Source: an uncultured archaeon
GTDB lineage: Archaea > Asgardarchaeota > Lokiarchaeia > Sigyniarchaeales > SOKP01
Direction of reading: 5' to 3'
Assembly (NCBI GenBank): GCA_964632315.1
Contig: CAZWEM010000041.1
Location: 2,714-44,905, forward strand
DNA length: 42,192 nt
In this document: positions 19,265-28,197 of the stretch, piece by piece
How the letters are laid out: each line of letters opens with the position of its first letter
Position numbering within the stretch: the stretch's first letter is position 1
The notes under the pieces: generated by a model
The model's database searches: none
The model's input: only the letters and a program-made list of their open reading frames with translations
What the model was told of the DNA's origin: nothing
Program-made: the position numbers and the translations under genes

Positions 19265-20032
19265 GTGAGAAAACCTATTATTGGAGGGAACTGGAAAATG
19301 CATCTAGGAACTCCTAATGAAGCAATATCTCTTATAAAAAGCCTAAAATCTTTAATAAAAGGGATTAAAAATGTTGATATTGTAATTGCGCCACCTTTCA
19401 CTGTTTTGGAGTCTGTTGTGAGAGAATTAAAGAAAACTGACATAAGCGTTTCAGCTCAAAATATGTATTTTGAGGATAAAGGCGCTTTTACAGGTGAAAT
19501 TTCGCCATTATTTCTAAAAAGTATGGGTGTAAAATATGTTATATTGGGGCATAGTGAAAGGAGGCAGATTTTTGGTGAAACTGATGATCTAATTAATAAA
19601 AAAATTAAAAAAGCCTTAAAGGAAAGTTTAATTCCCATAGTTTGCATTGGAGAGAATTTAAATGCTAGGGAGGCGGGAAAAACAAAAGAGATTATTCGAA
19701 ACCAAATGAATTTTACTTTTCAAGATTTAATTGGTCAAGATATGATCAAAATCATCATCGCATATGAGCCAATATGGGCAATCGGTACTGGAAAAACAGC
19801 TACACCAAAACAAGCTGAGGAAATTCACATCTTTATTCGTGATATTCTAAAGGAAAAATATGGAGAAAATGTTGCTGATGAAATTCGAATACAATATGGG
19901 GGATCTATTAAACCAAATAATGCAAAATCGTTATTTTCAAGAGAGAACATTGATGGAGGATTGGTAGGAGGAGCATCTTTAAACTCAGAATCATTTTATG
20001 AAATTATCGAAGCTGCAGAAAAAAATACGTGA
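19265..20032 (+). CDS. tpiA: Triosephosphate isomerase (bacterial/eukaryal-type length and motifs)
   Basis: GGNWKM, GAFTGEIS, LGHSERR, AYEPIWAIGTG, YGGS, DGGLVGGASL. Confidence 0.97.
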   Translation: MRKPIIGGNWKMHLGTPNEAISLIKSLKSLIKGIKNVDIVIAPPFTVLESVVRELKKTDISVSAQNMYFEDKGAFTGEISPLFLKSMGVKYVILGHSERRQIFGETDDLINKKIKKALKESLIPIVCIGENLNAREAGKTKEIIRNQMNFTFQDLIGQDMIKIIIAYEPIWAIGTGKTATPKQAEEIHIFIRDILKEKYGENVADEIRIQYGGSIKPNNAKSLFSRENIDGGLVGGASLNSESFYEIIEAAEKNT

Positions 20033-20033
20033 T

Positions 20034-20885
20034 TTAACCTAATACTTGATTGAATTGAAGAGTTAATTTTCCTGGAAATTCACCTAAATAGGATTGAGGT
20101 TCTGCAATCAGAAGATAGAAATATGGCTGAAGTAAACCATCTATATTTGGCCCTATTCCCGATTTTATGATATAAACCCAAATTGTCTCATTTCTAATAT
20201 ATGATTGTCGATAAATCCATTCAAGTGGTTTTATTTCAGGAAAAATTCCAATGTTTCTTAATATGATATTTATTTCCTTCATAGTATATTTTTCGCTAAT
20301 TAAAATTAGGGGAGAGAGATCAAAAGAACATATACAAATCGAATTTAAGCCATAATTCTTCATATCATTTAATAATGATTTAGCTAATGTTTCTAGCTTT
20401 TTTTTATTTATATTTATTCTCGATCTTGCTTCAGAATCTATTAGATAATTAATAATTTGGTCTTCTTCATTTTGCAGTACTTCTTGTGCTGTTGCTAACG
20501 GTATTTTATGTTTAATTATGTTGTCATAAATTAACTTTATTTTTTCCGAAATAGATTTATGTAAGAGAAATCCTTCAGTTTGGGCCGTTATTAAAACATC
20601 GCCCTTATATAAAGATTTTTTGCTAACCTCCTCTTTTTTCGAAATAAATTCAAGAATTTCGATCTCTTTATTAATACTTCGAGCAAATTCATATAGCGCA
20701 GACACAAGCCCTGCATCTAAATCAAAACTATCCTTAGAATCTAATTCAATCTCATTTCTCGAATAATACTTCGAAAAATCGAAAAATCTTAGATATAATC
20801 TTACTCCTTTAGGAGGTTTTTGCAATTTTAAATGATAGTAAGGAAATCCAGAATTTGTTATTACTGAAAGTTCATAAATCGTCAT
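20034..20885 (-). CDS. Hypothetical protein, possible longin-like N-terminal domain
   Basis: MTIYELSVITNSGFPYY and AGLVSALYEFARSI resemble the longin beta1-beta2/alpha1 pattern; the fold call is tentative. Confidence 0.5.
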   Translation of the reverse strand: MTIYELSVITNSGFPYYHLKLQKPPKGVRLYLRFFDFSKYYSRNEIELDSKDSFDLDAGLVSALYEFARSINKEIEILEFISKKEEVSKKSLYKGDVLITAQTEGFLLHKSISEKIKLIYDNIIKHKIPLATAQEVLQNEEDQIINYLIDSEARSRININKKKLETLAKSLLNDMKNYGLNSICICSFDLSPLILISEKYTMKEINIILRNIGIFPEIKPLEWIYRQSYIRNETIWVYIIKSGIGPNIDGLLQPYFYLLIAEPQSYLGEFPGKLTLQFNQVLG

Positions 20886-20996
20886 AGAATCTTTTTATAG
20901 CTAAAACGCTTTTTTAATACTTTTTTAATTAATGATTTTAATACTCCTATTTAAATTAATTTGGTTTAAAAATAGAAAATTAAATATCGATATCAC

Positions 20997-23807
20997 TTAT
21001 TTAATAATTATTGTTGGTCTTCCCGGTAGAGATTTAAGAGCCTTTGGATCTTTTGAATCGATTTCTTTTAATACATTTACATTAGCATCGTATTTTGTCT
21101 CTAACATGCTAGAGATTTCATTAAAAAATAAGAATTCTTCACTTGCTTTGATTGGAGAGGGCTGAAATTTACCTAGATTTTTAAGTACGGAGGACACAAT
21201 TTGATTTATAAGTTTACCATGTTTTTTAAAATGCTCTTTTTTCATAAGAACCTTTAATATTTCACCTTGATCCTTGGATTGTTTAACTTGTTGGAGCAGC
21301 TCTTCGAAAAGATTAAATTTCCAATCATTAGCTATGATTATATCGATCTTGTCGATTTTTTCTTTTTTAATTATATGAATTATGTGGTTTATCGATTCCA
21401 ATGTATCATTCATTAGTTTCCATTTATATTCATTAACGGGATTTAAAATACCATTATCATATTCTGGCCAAGAAGATACACTTAAAAAATCTTCATTGCC
21501 AAACAAGTTCCAAATTTCTTCAGTTACGTGTGGAATAAATGGATGTAATAGTTTAACAAGTCTTTGAGAACAGTAAGAATAGACACTTTTATTAACTTTT
21601 TCAAGTTTATATTTATTAAATTCATTTGTAAATTGGATTAAATCATTAATGGCATCCCTTATATCAATTTGTTCCATATGCTTTGTCACATTCTTAATAG
21701 TTTTGTTTAGAAGATATTTGATCAAAGTATCATGAATAACTTCATTATTTCTAATAGAATCTGGTTTCTCAATCAAAAGTGCAAAACTATTCCGAATAAA
21801 TTTATGCGCAAATTGAATACCTTCATTTGACCATTCTAACCCCGATTTTGGACTAGCCCCAAATAGAATGAAAAATCTAGCTGCATCAGCACCAAATTTA
21901 TTCATTATTCCAATCGGATCTACTGTATTTCCTAAACTTTTGCTCATTTTAACACTTTTGAATATGTATTTTGTTCCACATCTTTTACAATTTTCATCAT
22001 TCATCTCGGATTTCATTGCAAATACTTCGCAATTAGGACAATACGGATGTATTTTATTAATCATTCCTTGGGTAAGTAATCTTTGAAATGGCTCACTGTT
22101 TGAATGTAATCCTAAATCTCTTGCAACTTTGGTAAAAAATCTTGCGTATAGCAAATGAAGAATAGCATGTTCAATGCCTCCAATATAGAGATCAACATTC
22201 ATCCAATAATCTACTCTTTTCTTGGAATATGGAAGATTTGATGATTTAGGATCACAATATCTATAGAAATACCATGAACTATCAACAAATGTATCCATTG
22301 TATCTGTTTCTCTTATTGCTTTTTTATTGCATTTAGGGCACTTTACATTAAGAAAAGATTCACTAGTCAATAATGGATTTCCTTTACCAGTGAATTGAAC
22401 ATCTTTTGGTAGCTTTATTGGGAGCTGATCGATGGGAGCGGGAATAACACCACAATCCTCGCAATATATAATTGGAATAGGACATCCCCAGTATCTCTGC
22501 CTTGAAATTAACCAATCTCTTAACTTATAATTAACAGTCGCATACCCACTGTTTAATTCTTCAAGTTTTTTAGTGATTGCATTTATCGCGCTTTTGTTAT
22601 CAATACCATCGAATTCTCCAGAATTGACTAAAATTCCCTCTCCCTCAAACGCACGTGACATCTTTTTGGAATCTAATTCATAATCATAAGGTTGGATTAC
22701 GACTCTTATTGGAATATCATATTTTTTGGCAAATTCAAAATCTCGTTGGTCATGTCCTGGAACGGCCATTACTGCTCCGGCACCATATTCATATACAACA
22801 AAATTCCCAACATAAATAGGGATTTGTTGCTTTGTCATTGGATTTAATGCTTTTTTCCCGATAAGCATCCCTTTCTTTTTCACCTCTATATCTGTGCGTT
22901 CAAACTTATCCTGCTGCATAACCTCTTTATAAAATTTTTTGTATTTTTCCTCATAATCTGTTTTTTCCACCCATTCTTTTATCCATGGGTGCTCAGGGGC
23001 AAAAACCATAAATGTTACTCCATATAAAGTATCAGGTCTAGTAGTAAAAATATCAATCGTTCGTTCTTCTCCAACAATTTGAAATTTAATGATAGTCCCT
23101 TGTGATCTCCCAATCCAATTCCGTTGCATAGTTTTTACTTTTTCTGGCCAATCTAACTGATCTAAACCCTCTAATAATTCTTCCGCGTAATCTCTTATTT
23201 TTAAAAACCATTGCGTCAGGAATTTTTGTTCTACATTGCTGTTGCATCTCCAACATTTTCCATTTAAGACTTGCTCATTAGCTAAAACTGTAGAGCAATT
23301 GGGACACCAATTTACATAAGATTCTTGTCTATAAGCTAAACCCTTCTCAAACATCTTAATAAAGAACCATTGGTCCCATTTATAGTAGTTAGGATCGTGA
23401 CTAAATATAGTCCGAGTCCAATCGTAAGACAAACCAATTCTTTTTTGTTGCTTTTTCATTAACTCGATATTTGAATTTGTCCATTCCTCGGGATTAGCGC
23501 CGTGATCAATCGCCGCATTCTCAGCAGGGAGTCCAAAACTTTTATGGTATTTCACTTATTGAGAAATACTATCATAGCCCATAGGGTACAATACATTGAA
23601 CCCCTGCATTCGTTTGAATCGAGCTACAGAATCTCCTATTGTATAATTACGGAGATGTCCCATATGAAGGCTTCCAGAGGGATAAGGGTACATTTCTAAT
23701 ACGTAATATTTATTTTTGTTTTTATCTTGTTTTACTTCAAAAATTTTCTCGCTGTCCCATTTGTCTTGCCATTTTTTTTCTATCTTTCCAAAATTATAAT
23801 CTTCCAC
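20997..23807 (-). CDS. leuS: Leucyl-tRNA synthetase, interrupted by a 30-nt putative BHB intron (exon 1 23807-23571, exon 2 23540-20997; 926 aa spliced)
   Basis: GTG start at 23807, [12 protein letters not shown] (HIGH), PMGYDS|[10 protein letters not shown] joined across the insert, FTTRPDT and [15 protein letters not shown] editing domain, [16 protein letters not shown]. Confidence 0.95.
23541..23570 (-). other. Putative bulge-helix-bulge mRNA intron in leuS, 30 nt, containing an in-frame TAA
   Basis: GGGC TATG AT^A GTATTTC TCAATAAGT GAAATAC CATA AA^A GTTT: 4-bp central helix, two 3-nt bulges, 7-bp inner stem. Confidence 0.85.
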
Positions 23808-23922
23808 AGTGATTATAACCACCAAAATATCTAAAATTATTATTAAAATATGATTTGAAATCAATAATTCAATAAATTTTTTTTGAAAAAAGCTTATCTT
23901 TTTGTTTGTATTATGAAAAGTA

Positions 23923-24924
23923 ATGACTGTGGATAAAATTAGAGTGTCAATTGGAAGTGCTTCAGTTCTGGGATTATATAATAGCACTCGGTTTAAAGTT
24001 CCTCCAACTACCTGCTATATTATGACATTTAACTCAAATCAATGTTCTGCTAATTGTGCATTTTGTCCTCAAGGAAGAGAATCTAAAGGCTCAGATGAGC
24101 TATTATCTCGTGTAAATTGGCCAGTTTTTAAGCTTAAAGAATTCTTAACTAAATTTAGTTATCTAAGTCCTTCAAAGCGTTTTAAACGTCTGTGTCTTCA
24201 AACCCTAAATTATCCAAATAATGTTCAAGATGTTATCGAGATCATCAGCAAAGTACGAGAAAAGTCAGACATTCCAATCTCAATTGCGATCCCACCAATC
24301 ACGAGAAAAAATCTAAAAGAAATTAAGAATCTTGGAGTCGAAAGAATTGGGATTGCTTTAGATGCATCTACTCCTGAAATTTTTGAGAATATCAAGGGTA
24401 AAGGAGTTAATGGTCCATATACTTGGGACTCTCACTTCAAAGCCTTGAAAGACGCGTTAAATATATTTTCAGAGGGATTTGTAACTACCCATTTAATAGT
24501 CGGTTTAGGAGAATCAGCTAAAGATATTCTTAGTCTGATATATAATTTGAAAAATTTAAGAATTAAAGTTGGGCTTTTTGCATTTACATCTATTAAGGGT
24601 ACGAAATTAGAATTGCATAGCCCTCCAGATCTACTCTATTTTAGAAAAATACAATTAGGAAGATATTTAATCCTGGAAGAAAATAAGAATTTAAACGATT
24701 TCATATTTAACAGTAAGAATGAAGTTGTCAAATTTGATATAAATAAGAGAGATTTAGAAAGGTTAATCACTCAAACTGATGCATTTCTGACATCTGGATG
24801 TCCTGGATGTAATCGACCTTATTACACGTCTCGACCAACAGGTCCTATATACAATTATCCTAGAAAATTAAATGAAATGGAAAAAAAAGAGATATTTAAT
24901 ACCCTTTTGGAATATATTAAATAA
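23923..24924 (+). CDS. lipS2: Radical SAM lipoyl synthase component LipS2-like
   Basis: CSANCAFC radical SAM motif plus C-terminal [10 protein letters not shown] (TxGCPxCNRP signature); adjacent to a lipoate ligase. Confidence 0.8.
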   Translation: MTVDKIRVSIGSASVLGLYNSTRFKVPPTTCYIMTFNSNQCSANCAFCPQGRESKGSDELLSRVNWPVFKLKEFLTKFSYLSPSKRFKRLCLQTLNYPNNVQDVIEIISKVREKSDIPISIAIPPITRKNLKEIKNLGVERIGIALDASTPEIFENIKGKGVNGPYTWDSHFKALKDALNIFSEGFVTTHLIVGLGESAKDILSLIYNLKNLRIKVGLFAFTSIKGTKLELHSPPDLLYFRKIQLGRYLILEENKNLNDFIFNSKNEVVKFDINKRDLERLITQTDAFLTSGCPGCNRPYYTSRPTGPIYNYPRKLNEMEKKEIFNTLLEYIK

Positions 24925-24940
24925 TTAGTTAAGAAATGAC

Positions 24941-25720
24941 ATGAATAGCTGGAGATTCATAACTTTAGAAACTCATGATGGTTATTGGAATATGGCATTA
25001 GATGAAGCCATACTTCAATCAGTCATCGAAAATAAATCCCCTAATACTATTAGACTTTATAAGTGGAGTCCTTCAACTGTATCTATTGGTAGAAATCAAA
25101 GCTTACTAAGTGAGGTGGATTTAAATTTTATTAAAAAAAATGGATTCAATGTTGTGAGAAGAATTACAGGTGGTGGAGCCGTATTTCATGATGAGTATAG
25201 AGAGATCACTTATTCTATAGTTTGTCGTTTAGAGTTTTTAGAAAAGTTGAATGCTAAAAGCGTAATGGAACAATTTGAAATAATTGAAATGGGGATTATC
25301 TCTGGTTTGCAATTTTATGGTTTAAAACCAGAAAAAGGAATCATCCATTGTCCAGCAATCTTTTTAGAAGATAAAAAATTTTCAGGAAACGCTCAACTAA
25401 GAAGAAAAAGGCATATTTTGCAGCACGGAACTATTCTTTTAGAATTAGATCCTGAACTAATGTATTCTGCTTTAAAAGCCCCCTATAATGTCTCTAAATC
25501 AAGAATGGTGAGATCAGTTTATTCCAAATGTACAGGAATTAAGGAGCATTTAGAATCATACAATGAACAGGATTTTCAATCATCTCTAAAAAAAGGTTTC
25601 GAAACTACTCTAAAAATTACTTCTATGGAGAATTATTTTACTGAACATGAGTTGCGATTAGCAAAAAAGTTAGTATATACAAAATATAGAGATAAAAATT
25701 GGTTAAGAAAATATGAATGA
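24941..25720 (+). CDS. lplA: Lipoate/octanoate-protein ligase, catalytic domain only
   Basis: NMALDEA, VSIGRNQ, RRITGGGAVFHD, KKFSGNAQ, LQHGT. Confidence 0.9.
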   Translation: MNSWRFITLETHDGYWNMALDEAILQSVIENKSPNTIRLYKWSPSTVSIGRNQSLLSEVDLNFIKKNGFNVVRRITGGGAVFHDEYREITYSIVCRLEFLEKLNAKSVMEQFEIIEMGIISGLQFYGLKPEKGIIHCPAIFLEDKKFSGNAQLRRKRHILQHGTILLELDPELMYSALKAPYNVSKSRMVRSVYSKCTGIKEHLESYNEQDFQSSLKKGFETTLKITSMENYFTEHELRLAKKLVYTKYRDKNWLRKYE

Positions 25721-26762
25721 AATCAAGGAAATTGTCTCGAAGATTAAAAAAGGAACTATATCATGGTTGGATCTAAAGAATTTAACTCAAAATCAACATA
25801 AAGAGTTTCTCAGATACGCTTACAACTTGAAAAAGCGCTTTTTTGGAAATAAATTAAAAATTTATATACCAAATCAACAATTTCCTGCCATCAGTATAAC
25901 GGGGAGTGAATGCGCCTTAAATTGCGAACACTGCAATAAAAAGTATTTAGAAAGCATGAGGGATATTACTAATCCAAATGATTTAAAAAATTTTTTAAAC
26001 AATTTATATGAAAATAATGGGATTGGCGCATTAATTTCAGGTGGATGCGATCCCGATGGTGCGGTTCCATTGGATGGCTATCTTGATGTTATAAAAGAGA
26101 TTAAACAACATACAAACCTCATAATCAATACTCATACGGGTTTAATAAATAAAAGTACCGCTGAAATGCTAGCACTATCTAAAATTGATATTGTTTCATT
26201 CGATGTGAATGTGGATGAAGATATAATAAGAGATATTTATCATTTAAAAAAAGAAGTAAAAGATTATAAGATCGCAATAGAATTATTGAAAAATCATAAC
26301 TTAAATATAGTTCCACATATTTGCATCGGCTTGTATTATGGAAGGGTCAAAAAGGAATTAGAAACAATCAATTTTATCAAAGAAATCTTCAATGAGCCTA
26401 ATTTAATTGTAATTATTGCACTTATCCCTCCTAAAACATCCATTCATCAATTTGAAATGCCTTCACCAGAAAGTATTTCTAAATTGATCGCGGTAACTAG
26501 AATCCAATTTCCCAAAACTGAAATATCACTTGGATGCATGAGACCTCGTGGAAATATGAAAGTAAAATTGGAAAAATACGCTATGAAGGCAGGAATTAAC
26601 CGAATTGAGATTCCGTCAAGAAAATCATTAAATTGGATAATGGAATATGATCCTAAAATCAATTTTCAATTTTTTTCGGCTTGTTGTGCGATTCCTCCAA
26701 AGTATGAGGAACTAGCTAGAAGTAAAGTGAGTGATTTGAAAGTATATCAAAATTATATATAG
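25713..26762 (+). CDS. lipS1: Radical SAM lipoyl synthase component LipS1-like
   Basis: AISITGSECALNCEHC, LISGG, LGCMRP and C-terminal CC motif. Confidence 0.8.
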   Translation: MNEIKEIVSKIKKGTISWLDLKNLTQNQHKEFLRYAYNLKKRFFGNKLKIYIPNQQFPAISITGSECALNCEHCNKKYLESMRDITNPNDLKNFLNNLYENNGIGALISGGCDPDGAVPLDGYLDVIKEIKQHTNLIINTHTGLINKSTAEMLALSKIDIVSFDVNVDEDIIRDIYHLKKEVKDYKIAIELLKNHNLNIVPHICIGLYYGRVKKELETINFIKEIFNEPNLIVIIALIPPKTSIHQFEMPSPESISKLIAVTRIQFPKTEISLGCMRPRGNMKVKLEKYAMKAGINRIEIPSRKSLNWIMEYDPKINFQFFSACCAIPPKYEELARSKVSDLKVYQNYI

Positions 26763-26772
26763 TGAACTGATT

Positions 26773-28197
26773 ATGGTAAAATCTGAAATTTTAATGGTTG
26801 GCCTTCCAAATATCCCGAAAATAATTCCCGGTGATAATCTTGCACAAATTATTAGGGATTCCTTAAAACAGAAAAAATTAACGTTAGAGAATGGAGATAT
26901 CCTGGTAATTGCACAAAGCATCGTATCAAAAAGTATCGGAAGTATTATTAATTTAAATGATGTCAAAGTTGGAGAGCGAGCCATGGATATTTACAGAAAT
27001 ATGGAACCCTTAATTTTAAGAGAAGGAATAACAAAAAAAACTCCACAATTAGTCCAATTAATCCTAGACGAATCTAAAGAAATTTTAAAAGCAGAACATG
27101 TTCTTATTGTTGAAACCAATTATGGATTTATTTGTGCAAATGCTGGAATTGACAAATCAAATGTCGAAGGAAGTGAAAATGTAACATTATTACCGAAATA
27201 TCCAGATGAGGAAGCTAAAAAAATAAGAAATGAATTAAAGAAGCTAACAGGAAAAAATGTAGCGGTTATTATTTCTGATTCATTTGGAAGACCTTTTCGA
27301 AGAGGAGCTGTAGGAGTTGCAGTTGGCATTTCTGGAATATCTGCTCTCTTAGATAAGAGAGGTGAAAAAGACTTGTATGGAAAGATGCTTCAGAGTACTA
27401 TAGTTGGACAAGTTGATAATCTAACTTCTGCAGCACAATTAATAATGGGTGAGGCGAACGAAGGACTTCCCGTCATATTGATCAGAGGATACAAATTCGA
27501 TTTTGATGAGAAAGCTTCAATTAAAGAAATTTTTAGACCCGAAGAAACTGACTTATTTAGGATGATTTCTGAAAAAGATTTATTTTTTAAAGTACTAAAA
27601 TCTCGAAGAAGTTATAAACTTCGATTCTCTTCAAAAATACCTGAAAGAGAGATTATAAGGGATTGTATAGCATTAGCTCAATGGGCACCCAGCGCACATA
27701 ATGCTCAACATTGGCGATATGTTATATTAGATAAAAGTTCAATTCGCGAGAGGTTAATTTTGGAAATGAATTCGAAACTGAGAGAAGATTTATCTCGAGA
27801 TGGAAGATCAGAAGAATTTATAGCAGAAAAAATTAGAAAAACAAAAAGAAATTTTCTCGAAGCACCCTATTTGGTTATTTTATGTTTGGATGAAACAGAA
27901 TTAGAATCATATTCTGACAGGGAGAGGACAAAAAACGAATTAATCTTAGGAATTCAGAGTATCGGAGCATCGGCTAGTTATTTCTTGTTAGCGCTTGAAA
28001 TAAATTCACTTGCTGCATGTTGGTATTCTGCTCCGTTATTTGCACAAGAAGTTGTAAAGAAAAACTTAAACTTGCCAAAATCATTTAATCCGATGGCTTT
28101 TTTCACAGTGGGATATGCACTAGAAAAAGCAAAGCCAACTACTAGAAAAAGCATAGAGGAGGTTATTTATAAAACAGGTGAAGAGGATATTGAATGA
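26773..28197 (+). CDS. cofE: F420-0:gamma-glutamyl ligase fused to a C-terminal nitroreductase domain (FbiB architecture)
   Basis: CANAGIDKSN, DSFGRPFRRG and GEANEGLP (CofE); then SRRSYK, WAPSAHNAQHWRYV and LAACWY (nitroreductase). Confidence 0.9.
   Translation: MVKSEILMVGLPNIPKIIPGDNLAQIIRDSLKQKKLTLENGDILVIAQSIVSKSIGSIINLNDVKVGERAMDIYRNMEPLILREGITKKTPQLVQLILDESKEILKAEHVLIVETNYGFICANAGIDKSNVEGSENVTLLPKYPDEEAKKIRNELKKLTGKNVAVIISDSFGRPFRRGAVGVAVGISGISALLDKRGEKDLYGKMLQSTIVGQVDNLTSAAQLIMGEANEGLPVILIRGYKFDFDEKASIKEIFRPEETDLFRMISEKDLFFKVLKSRRSYKLRFSSKIPEREIIRDCIALAQWAPSAHNAQHWRYVILDKSSIRERLILEMNSKLREDLSRDGRSEEFIAEKIRKTKRNFLEAPYLVILCLDETELESYSDRERTKNELILGIQSIGASASYFLLALEINSLAACWYSAPLFAQEVVKKNLNLPKSFNPMAFFTVGYALEKAKPTTRKSIEEVIYKTGEEDIE

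Noticed and set aside
23538-23570. Insert as a transposon footprint or MITE with an AGT target-site duplication
   Set aside because: The AGT repeat is real but only 3 nt. It does not explain the CATA complementary to exon TATG or the two 3-nt bulges, and no transposase lies in the window.
20997-23987. leuS as a pseudogene, or as two separately translated ORFs (TAA immediately followed by GTG) as in the ORF track
   Set aside because: The break falls within a conserved catalytic-domain motif, both parts are undegraded, and the extra 30 nt form an exact BHB whose removal restores the motif. A split protein or readthrough would leave foreign residues in the motif. Not formally excluded without RNA data.
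23808-23987. N-terminal extension of the 143-aa ORF (MLLYNPRTE...)
   Set aside because: It overlaps the divergent lipS2 start and promoter region; LeuRS similarity begins at GTG 23807.
18669-26762. hdrC plus lipS1/lipS2/lplA as an sHdr-LbpA sulfur-oxidation system
   Set aside because: No sHdrA/B, LbpA, TusA or DsrE genes are present, and hdrC is separated from the lipoate genes by tpiA, a hypothetical gene and leuS.
26970-27050. Short extra segment in CofE (and similar ones in thioredoxin and the acyltransferase) as further in-frame introns
   Set aside because: No stop or frameshift, and no BHB pairing found by eye; these look like ordinary loop variation. A computational scan would be needed to exclude them fully.
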